DNA from: Candidatus Coproplasma sp. | Lineage (GTDB): Bacteria; Bacillota; Clostridia; Christensenellales; Borkfalkiaceae | Length of the DNA stretch: 52,282 nt | Direction of reading: 5' to 3' | Assembly: GCA_051884095.1 (NCBI GenBank) | Contig: JBJEUZ010000016.1 | Coordinates: forward strand, 1-52,282 | Shown: one piece after another, positions 10,557 through 16,820 of the stretch | How the letters are laid out: the number at the start of each line of letters is the position of its first letter | Position numbering within the stretch: position 1 is the stretch's first letter | Notes under the pieces: model-generated | Database searches by the model: none | What the model was told of the DNA's origin: nothing | Seen by the model: only the letters and a program-made list of their open reading frames with translations | Position numbers and translations under genes: made by a program

Positions 10557-11426
10557 TTATCTTAAATCCTCGGTCTTGATGTTGTCCATATCGTCGTACG
10601 CCTGGTTTTCGCCGCACATACCCCAGATGAAGGTGTAGTTTTTGGTACCCACGCCCGTGTGAATGGACCAGGAAGGCGATATTACCGCCTGTTCGTTGTG
10701 CATAACTATGTGGCGGGTTTCGGTAGGCGTGCCCATCAGGTGGAACACGGCTTCGGTTTCGGGAAGCTCGAAGTACATATATACTTCCATTCTTCTCTCG
10801 TGAGTGTGCGAGGGAAGAGTGTTCCAAGCCGAACCGACAGCAAGCTCGGTCATGCCCATTGCAAGCTGACAGCTCTGGCATACGTCGCCGATTATGAACT
10901 GGTTGATTGTACGCTTGTTGATAGTCGCTTCGGTGCCGAGATGGCGCTGTACGCAGTACCTTACGCCTTCGGGGGGTTCCTTGCCCTCTACGGGTTTAAC
11001 TATCTTGACCGTGGGATAGGTCTTGTGCGCGGGGCAGGAGTTGATATAGAACTTTGCGGGATTGGCTGCGTCGGCGGAGGTAAAGGTTATTTCCTTGGTG
11101 CCCATACCGATGTATAAGCCCTCCTTGAAGCCTATCTCGTATTCCTTGCCGTCGAGCGTTACGACGCCTGCGCCGCCGATATTGATGACGCCCATTTCTC
11201 TTCTTTCAAGGAAATAGTCGGTTGCAAGCTCCTTGAACGTGCCGAGCGAAAGCGCCTTTTTTACGGGCATTGCGCCGCCGGCGATAATTCTGTCCTGATG
11301 GGAGTACGTCAAAAGTATATCGTCCTCCTCGAACAGCTTTTCAATTAAATATTTTTCGCGTAATTCCTTAGTATCGTAATGCTTGGAATCGTCGGGGTGA
11401 TTGGAATATCTTACGTCGAATTTCAT
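10557..11426 (-). CDS. kduI: 5-dehydro-4-deoxy-D-glucuronate isomerase
   Basis: 289 aa. The N-terminus [29 protein letters not shown] and the cupin core are characteristic of KduI. Confidence 0.9.
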   Translation of the reverse strand: MKFDVRYSNHPDDSKHYDTKELREKYLIEKLFEEDDILLTYSHQDRIIAGGAMPVKKALSLGTFKELATDYFLERREMGVINIGGAGVVTLDGKEYEIGFKEGLYIGMGTKEITFTSADAANPAKFYINSCPAHKTYPTVKIVKPVEGKEPPEGVRYCVQRHLGTEATINKRTINQFIIGDVCQSCQLAMGMTELAVGSAWNTLPSHTHERRMEVYMYFELPETEAVFHLMGTPTETRHIVMHNEQAVISPSWSIHTGVGTKNYTFIWGMCGENQAYDDMDNIKTEDLR

Positions 11427-11429
11427 TTT

Positions 11430-12269
11430 TTAAACTTCCTCCCATTTTTGCCTTACAAAGCGCGTGCAGGGCACTATGTCGTCGCCCGTGGTGCCTTCCA
11501 GAACCAGTACGGCGTCTTTGTCGTAGGCCTTAATTTTTGACAATATTTTTTCGTAGTCGAACAGCCCTTTGCCGGGTGCGACCTGTTTTATTTTTCCGTC
11601 CTCGACGACAAAGTCCTTGAGGTGGAATACGGTGATTTTTCCCGCGAAGGTCTTAAGTCCCTCGTCGAGAATTTCAAGATATCTGTCGTAGTTGGACAAG
11701 TCCAGATAATTATATATATCGAAAATCACCTTGACGTTTTTACGGTTTACGCCGTCTATTGCGCGCTTTAAGGTCTTTACGTCGTAACAGACGTGACCCG
11801 CCGCGCCTTCCATACCGATATATGCGCCGACCGACGCGGCATAATCCGCAAGCTCGGTAAAGGTTTCTATTACCGTCTGCAGAGCCTCCTCGGTGCGGTT
11901 GAGGGGGTTATACGTCCACTTATCGTCGTTGAACGAACCCGTTTCGCTGCCCACCGTGTCGCAACCTAAGAGCGAAGAGTATTTAAGGTAGTCCTTGAAT
12001 ATGCTCTTGCAGTCGGCAACCTTCTGCTTGTTGGAATGAACGGGGTTGAAGTATGCGCCTATTAGCGAAACTTCCACTCCCGCCGCCTTGAACGCCTCGC
12101 CTATCTCCCTCGCCTTTTGTTCGGTGAGGGCCTGAGGGGCGTACCTGACGTCGTCCATAAACTTGTATGCGACCAGCTGAATTGCGTCGAGGTCGCATTC
12201 CTTAAGTTTTGCCGTAGCCGCCTGAAGCCCTTTTGCGCCCAGGTCGTGCGTTCTGAAAGCAACGCGCAT
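11430..12269 (-). CDS. Sugar phosphate isomerase/epimerase (xylose-isomerase-like TIM barrel)
   Basis: 279 aa. The overall pattern matches AP-endonuclease-2/TIM-barrel family proteins common in uronate clusters. It ends 3 nt upstream of the kduI start. Confidence 0.65.
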   Translation of the reverse strand: MRVAFRTHDLGAKGLQAATAKLKECDLDAIQLVAYKFMDDVRYAPQALTEQKAREIGEAFKAAGVEVSLIGAYFNPVHSNKQKVADCKSIFKDYLKYSSLLGCDTVGSETGSFNDDKWTYNPLNRTEEALQTVIETFTELADYAASVGAYIGMEGAAGHVCYDVKTLKRAIDGVNRKNVKVIFDIYNYLDLSNYDRYLEILDEGLKTFAGKITVFHLKDFVVEDGKIKQVAPGKGLFDYEKILSKIKAYDKDAVLVLEGTTGDDIVPCTRFVRQKWEEV

Positions 12270-12361
12270 TATATACTCCTATCTACTGCTATTTACTGCA
12301 ATTATTTTTGCCTTTGAGGCAACGTTTTGCAAAATTTTACGTCGGTGCAACGTTTTTATGT

Positions 12362-12393
12362 CGGTGCAACGCCGCGCTTGCGGCGTTGCACCG
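12362..12393. other. Perfect 14-bp GC-rich stem with a tetraloop inside the operon-internal gap
   Basis: CGGTGCAACGCCGC-gctt-GCGGCGTTGCACCG. The left arm is also directly repeated (GTCGGTGCAACG at 12341-12352 and 12360-12371). No U-tract follows on either strand. Confidence 0.6.
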
Positions 12394-12445
12394 CATATAT
12401 GCCTTATTTATTTACGTTTGACGAGAGTTGAGTCAATCAAGCTCA

Positions 12446-12510
12446 AACGCAATTAAGATATTTGGCTCAAGCGACACGCTTGCGCCCAAGGCAAGATTTT
12501 TTCGCGAAAC
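12446..12510 (+). repeat. Intergenic repeat element, copy 1 (~65 nt)
   Basis: It shares an identical 15-mer AACGCAATTAAGATA and blocks AGCG-CACGCTTGC and GCCC(C)AAGGCA with 51759-51822. It ends with the palindrome TTTCGCGAAA. Confidence 0.7.
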
Positions 12511-12675
12511 TCCATTGCCTTCTTATACAATCTTACTGTGCAAGCAAAACCACACTTTTGCGCAGCACGCCACAATTTGCGCATACCTGCGCCTCAGCGG
12601 TGTGAATTGCCGCGACTGTATTATTGAGGGCGTTTAGCGGTCGCGGCAAGAGAGGCAGAGCCTCTCAAGTCGCGG

Positions 12676-12715
12676 AAAAACGCAGCCGCCCCAAGGCAAG
12701 ATTTTTTCGCGAAAC
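12676..12715 (+). repeat. Intergenic repeat element, partial copy (3-prime half)
   Basis: GCCCCAAGGCAAGATTTTTTCGCGAAAC (12688-12715) matches 12484-12510 at 27 of 28 positions, with one extra C. Confidence 0.7.
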
Positions 12716-12722
12716 CCGTATT

Positions 12723-13754
12723 TTATCTCTGAACGCGTCCGGAACCGTCGCCGCCTGCAAGAGCTTCAACTTCCTTGCGGGATACGAGGTTGTAGTCGCC
12801 GGGAATGGTGTGCTTCAATGCGGAAGCCGCTACGCCGAATTCGAGAGCCGCCTTGAAATCCTTGCCGTCGAGGAAGCCGGTGATAACGCCGCCCGCGAAG
12901 GAGTCGCCGCCGCCTACGCGGTCAACGATGGGATGAATCGAATAGGTCTTGGAATGATAGAATTCCTTGGTTTCTGCCGAGTAGATGCAAGCCGACCAGC
13001 CGTTATCCGACGCGGAGTGGGATACGCGGAGGGAAGAAATTGCATACTTGAAGTTGAACTTAGCAACCATCTGTTCGAAGATGGACTTGTAGCCTGCGAG
13101 TTCGAGTTCGCCGCTGGTAACGTCGGTCTTGCCGGGCTTGAAGCCGAGAACGAGTTCTGCGTCTTCTTCGTTACCGATACATACGTCAACGTACTTCATA
13201 AGACCGGTCATAACCTTCTGAGCCTTTTCGCTGGACCACAGCTTTTTACGGAAGTTGAGGTCAACCGAAACGGTAACGCCGTGGCGCTTAGCAGCCTTTA
13301 ACGCTTCTTCGGTGAGCACTGCCGCTGCATCGGAAACTGCGGGAGTAATACCCGTGAAGTGGAACCAGTCTGCGCCTTCGAAGATTGCGTCAAAGTCGAA
13401 ATCTGCAGCCGTAGCCGTGGTGATGGAGGAGTGAGCTCTGTCGTAAACGACCTTTGAAGGACGCATAGAGCTGCCCGTTTCAAGGTAGTATATACCGAGT
13501 CTTTCGCCGCACTTTGCGATGTGCTTGGTTTCTACGCCGTATTTGCGGAGAGACGCGATAGCGCATTCGCCGAGTTCGTTATCGGGAACTGCGGTTACGA
13601 ATTCCGCGTTGTGTCCGTAGTTTGCGCACGATACCGCAACGTTGGCTTCGCCGCCGCCGTAGTTGATGTCAAACTCGTCAGCCTGAATAAACTTTTCGTT
13701 GTTGGGGGTGGAAAGGCGAAGCATAATTTCGCCCATGGTTACGATTTTTTTCAT
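12723..13754 (-). CDS. kdgK: 2-dehydro-3-deoxygluconokinase (PfkB family)
   Basis: 343 aa. The sequence is a PfkB/ribokinase-type fold, with GGGEANVA near the N-terminus and the GGGDSFAGG motif near the C-terminus. It sits next to eda and kduI. Confidence 0.85.
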   Translation of the reverse strand: MKKIVTMGEIMLRLSTPNNEKFIQADEFDINYGGGEANVAVSCANYGHNAEFVTAVPDNELGECAIASLRKYGVETKHIAKCGERLGIYYLETGSSMRPSKVVYDRAHSSITTATAADFDFDAIFEGADWFHFTGITPAVSDAAAVLTEEALKAAKRHGVTVSVDLNFRKKLWSSEKAQKVMTGLMKYVDVCIGNEEDAELVLGFKPGKTDVTSGELELAGYKSIFEQMVAKFNFKYAISSLRVSHSASDNGWSACIYSAETKEFYHSKTYSIHPIVDRVGGGDSFAGGVITGFLDGKDFKAALEFGVAASALKHTIPGDYNLVSRKEVEALAGGDGSGRVQR

Positions 13755-13943
13755 TGCATTTTCTCCTGAAAATATTTTTATTTGGTTTTTTATTTATGCG
13801 ACGGCGTTAAGCCGTTACAGCCTTTTTTTGTTCCGCCTTGGCGGTTGCCGTATACTTACGGCGGTTCAGCTTTGCCGACCCGTATATAATAATTCGTATA
13901 TAATAATTCGGATATATAATATTCGGAAAGGCATCGCCTTAAA

Positions 13944-14153
13944 TTACAGCACGAACGCGACGATTGACATAACCAGCGCCGCAAGCCCCAGAATTACGCC
14001 CGCGATTGAAACCGCGAACAGCCTGGACTTGTACTCCTTGAATTCGCTCTCGGGAAGGGTTACGCAATTCTTTTCCTCGCGCTCCTCCTTCAAGCCCGCT
14101 TCGGTATCTGCCTTGAAGGACGCGACGTTCTCTTCCTTGGTATGCTCGTCCAT
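13944..14153 (-). CDS. Small tail-anchored membrane protein (69 aa), hypothetical
   Basis: Acidic N-terminus followed by a single C-terminal TM segment, LFAVSIAGVILGLAALVMSIVAFVL. Its ATG overlaps the eda stop as TAATG, which suggests translational coupling. Confidence 0.5.
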   Translation of the reverse strand: MDEHTKEENVASFKADTEAGLKEEREEKNCVTLPESEFKEYKSRLFAVSIAGVILGLAALVMSIVAFVL

Positions 14154-15136
14154 TATTTTTTAAGCACGAGGTGCACTGCGAATCCGCCGAACGAATCCTT
14201 GAGATAAGCCACGGTCATAACTCCCGACTTATCGTACTTGATTGTGCTTTCGTCGATTTCGTAGCCGCGCATCTTCAGCTGATATACCGCGCGCTTTACC
14301 GAGTTGGTAGCCACGGCAATGTGACCCATATCGCCCTTAAAGGGAGCCTTCATACACTCTACGTAGGTCGAAGCGAATACCGAGCTGTTGCCCACCTTCT
14401 TTGTGAAGCCGAAGGCGTTATCGAACTTGTCCGCAACCGCTTCCGCCTCTTCGGGGTTGGCGCAGTTGATGCCTACGTGAACCATCTGGAAGCCGAGCAT
14501 TCTGTCGATAGCTTCACGGCAGAGCGCGGTGATACCCGCCCAGTTTTCCTCGTCGAGCATCTTGGAGGGAACTATCCAGCTGCCGCCGCAGCACACGATT
14601 TTATTGTATGCAAGGTAGTTGTTGAGATTGTCGGCAGTAACTCCGCCCGTGGGCATAAAGCGCATTGTGGTGTAGGGTCCGCAGACCGACTTTATGTAGG
14701 GTAAGCCGCCCGCCTGTTCAGCAGGGAAGAACTTTGCAAAGTCCAGCCCGAGCTCTAAAGCCTGCTCTATTTCGCTAGCGGACGAAAGACCGGGAGCGAA
14801 GGGTATGCCGTTGTCAAGGCAGTGCTTTACAACCTTGGGATTGAGACCGGGCGCCACGCAGAACTTTGCGCCCGCCGCGGCAGCCGCGTCCGCCTGTTCG
14901 CAGGTTAAAACCGTGCCCGCGCCCACAAGCATATCGGGATAAGCCTTTACCATCCTCGAGATGACCTCGTCGGCGCCCTTTGCCCTGAAGGTTACTTCGG
15001 CACAGTTAATTCCGCCGTCTCTGAGAGCCTTTGCCAGCTTTTCGGCGTTTTCTACCTTGTCAAGTTTGATTACGGGTACTATTCCCACGCACTCCAGCTG
15101 TTCGACAAGTTGGTTCAACTTTTCTTTTACAGTCAT
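14153..15136 (-). CDS. eda: KDPG/KHG aldolase fused to a C-terminal VOC (glyoxalase-like) domain
   Basis: The first ~210 aa match Eda-type aldolases (GIVPVIKLD, FRAKGA, GAGTVL, KFFPAE). The last ~115 aa (GFQMVHVGINCANPEEA ... GHIAVATNS ... FAVHLV) look like a VOC-fold domain. Confidence 0.8.
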   Translation of the reverse strand: MTVKEKLNQLVEQLECVGIVPVIKLDKVENAEKLAKALRDGGINCAEVTFRAKGADEVISRMVKAYPDMLVGAGTVLTCEQADAAAAAGAKFCVAPGLNPKVVKHCLDNGIPFAPGLSSASEIEQALELGLDFAKFFPAEQAGGLPYIKSVCGPYTTMRFMPTGGVTADNLNNYLAYNKIVCCGGSWIVPSKMLDEENWAGITALCREAIDRMLGFQMVHVGINCANPEEAEAVADKFDNAFGFTKKVGNSSVFASTYVECMKAPFKGDMGHIAVATNSVKRAVYQLKMRGYEIDESTIKYDKSGVMTVAYLKDSFGGFAVHLVLKK

Positions 15137-15172
15137 AATAAAACCTCTTTAACCGCGCATTGCGCGTATTAT

Positions 15173-15201
15173 TTATTATCAACAATATTATATATTGTCA
15201 T
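15173..15201 (-). promoter_or_regulatory. Candidate promoter of the eda-kdgK operon with an overlapping palindromic operator
   Basis: On the minus strand: ATGACA, 17-nt spacer, TAATAA. The palindrome ACAATAT-tat-ATATTGT (15182-15198) covers the spacer and the -35 box. Confidence 0.4.
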
Positions 15202-15297
15202 ACCGCGGCAGTCTATATATTTTTCGGATATATTAATGTAAAATTAGGACATTTGTTCAGGCGTCCGGATATTTCGATAAAATTTTATCGAAAATGC

Positions 15298-15326
15298 TTG
15301 ACAAGGCGAAAAGAACGTGATAATAT
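15298..15326 (+). promoter_or_regulatory. Near-consensus sigma-70-type promoter driving the riboswitch-like leader
   Basis: TTGACA (15298-15303), 17-nt spacer, TGaTAATAT (extended -10; hexamer 15321-15326). Confidence 0.65.
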
Positions 15327-15336
15327 ATAAACCGTT

Positions 15337-15447
15337 AAAAGGGAGTAACCTTAAGCCCGACCGTACGCTACGGAAGGGTTGAACGCCCGCCCCGTCAGTA
15401 CGGATTTATCCCGGGGAGGCAGCGGAATAACCGACGGTAAGACTTTT
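15337..15447 (+). promoter_or_regulatory. Candidate yybP-ykoY family (Mn2+/Ca2+-responsive) riboswitch aptamer
   Basis: The 5-prime end AAAAGGGAGUAAC compares with the family consensus AAAGGGGAGUAGC. The 3-prime end GGUAAGACUUUU compares with AGCAAGACCUUU or GGAGAGACCUUU. P1 would pair AAAAG with CUUUU. Internal helices are CCGUA-cgc-UACGG, CCCCG...CGGGG and CCGUC...GACGG. A cation P-type ATPase lies downstream. Confidence 0.5.
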
Positions 15448-15486
15448 GACCGCGAAATTGAGCGCGGCGAAAGTCTTTTTGTTTTG
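15441..15486 (+). terminator. Intrinsic terminator forming the expression platform of the leader
   Basis: GACUUUUGACCGCG-aaauugag-CGCGGCGAAAGUC followed by UUUUUGUUUUG. Its 5-prime arm (15441-15447) is the same sequence as the 3-prime strand of the proposed P1 helix. Confidence 0.75.
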
Positions 15487-15558
15487 TCCGGAAAGAGCAG
15501 AAGCCGAACGCCGCAAAATCTCATCGCGTAATTTAAAATTTTTTAAGGAGATTTTATT

Positions 15559-16668
15559 ATGACAATCGGCATTATTTTAGGCATCGTATTCTTCGTCGCG
15601 GCGGTCGGCACGGCGATAGCTTCGGCGTACTTTTTCAAGGGCGGCTTCAACGTAACCTTTGGTTCAAAGAATGCGCGCTTTACGCACGCAACCGCAAAGA
15701 GCAAGGTTCGCGGCGGCATATTCGGGGGCATAGCGGCGGTTTTCGCCCTGCTGTTCGTGTTTATTCCGTTCAGTTTCCACACCGTAGTCGCGGGCGAAGT
15801 TGCGGTAGTTAAACACCTTGGCAACGCTACGGCGGTGAGGACGGCGGGAACGTATTTCGATTTCTGGGTGACGGAGAGCTACGATATGTACGACGCACGC
15901 GTACAGAATCTGGACATACGCACCACCGCTTACAGCAAGGACGCGCAGACTATGGACATAGCCATGACCGTACAGTATCAGATAGACGCTTCGAAGGCGA
16001 TAGAGATAGCAAACAACTACGGTTCGCTGGACGTGCTTTCTAACCGTATTCAGAGCGTTACCATAGAAAAGACCAAGTCGGTGCTCTCCTCCTACTCCGC
16101 AATGACCATAATCGAAACCCGCGCGAGCATTTCGCCGCAGGTTGAAGCGACGGTAAAGAGCGCGATTGACGGAAACTATCACGTCACCGTAAACACCGTA
16201 GTTTTGACCAACATCGACTTTTCCGACGCGTTTGAAAAGACTGTTGAGGACAAGATGATTGCCGAACAGGAAAAACTTAAGGCGGAATACGAAAAGGAAA
16301 CTGCGATTGTAAACGCCGAAAAGCAGCTTGAAGTGGCAAAACTCGAGGCGGAAGCGAGAATCGCGAGCGCGGAGGGCGAAGCTCAGGCGCAGATACTTGC
16401 CGCCAGAGCCGAGGCGCAGGCAATCAAGGAAAAGTCCCTTGAAGTCGCGCGCATGTTGGGCTTTACCATATCCGAAAGGGCTATAACCGACGCCGACGGC
16501 GCGACGGGCGTGGAATATTACATAGATTTCGGGGGCAAGGACGCGCAGGAGATTGCGGTGATTTCCGACTATCTTAAGTACGTTGAGTATCTTGCAAAGT
16601 GGAACGGCGAACTGCCCGGCGTTCTCGTTTCGGACGGCAGCGCGCAGGTAATAATTCCTACGTCGTAA
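15559..16668 (+). CDS. SPFH/band-7 (prohibitin-homology) domain membrane protein
   Basis: 369 aa. It has an N-terminal TM region, a PHB-type core (VVAGEVAVVKHLG ... LTNIDFSDAFEKTVEDK) and an Ala/Glu-rich coiled coil. Confidence 0.85.
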   Translation: MTIGIILGIVFFVAAVGTAIASAYFFKGGFNVTFGSKNARFTHATAKSKVRGGIFGGIAAVFALLFVFIPFSFHTVVAGEVAVVKHLGNATAVRTAGTYFDFWVTESYDMYDARVQNLDIRTTAYSKDAQTMDIAMTVQYQIDASKAIEIANNYGSLDVLSNRIQSVTIEKTKSVLSSYSAMTIIETRASISPQVEATVKSAIDGNYHVTVNTVVLTNIDFSDAFEKTVEDKMIAEQEKLKAEYEKETAIVNAEKQLEVAKLEAEARIASAEGEAQAQILAARAEAQAIKEKSLEVARMLGFTISERAITDADGATGVEYYIDFGGKDAQEIAVISDYLKYVEYLAKWNGELPGVLVSDGSAQVIIPTS

Positions 16669-16708
16669 AATTTCGGTTTGACGCGACTTTAAGTACGACT
16701 TTTCGGTC

Positions 16709-16745
16709 GGCGGCGGACGGCAAGTCCGCCGCCCCTTTGAATTTG
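16709..16745 (+). terminator. Possible terminator or attenuator between the SPFH and ATPase genes
   Basis: GGCGGCGGAC-ggcaa-GUCCGCCGCC followed by CCUUUGAAUUUG, which is only a moderate U-tail. Confidence 0.45.
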
Positions 16746-16820
16746 AAAGTATTTATATCGACCGACCCGACGCAATAATAAATTGCCTGCCGCGACAATA
16801 TTATACTTAAAGGAGATTTT

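Noticed and set aside
12484-12715. Two 27-28 bp direct repeats about 204 bp apart, considered as a possible mini-CRISPR or attL/attR pair
   Set aside because: There are only two copies and the spacing is far larger than CRISPR spacers. No cas, integrase or transposase gene is nearby. The repeat is the 3-prime part of a longer element also found at 51.8 kb.
12624-13301. 225-aa plus-strand ORF, plus similar long antisense or alternative-frame ORFs at 599-1147, 802-1443, 40578-41540, 46189-46668 and 46670-47392
   Set aside because: Each lies antisense to, or out of frame with, a gene that has clear family motifs (kdgK, permease, ABC exporter, GT4). Their sequences are Arg/Gly-rich with no motifs and no SD sites.
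15337-15447. Alternative identities for the structured leader: SRP RNA Alu-domain-like GGGGAGGCAGCGG, or the c-di-AMP (ydaO) riboswitch CCCGUCAG segment
   Set aside because: At about 110 nt it is too short for Firmicutes SRP RNA, and it lacks the domain IV GGAA-tetraloop motif. It shows only one short ydaO-like word and lacks the pseudo-twofold ACGGGG/CCGA blocks. The paired end motifs and the ATPase context fit yybP-ykoY better, though this still needs cmsearch.
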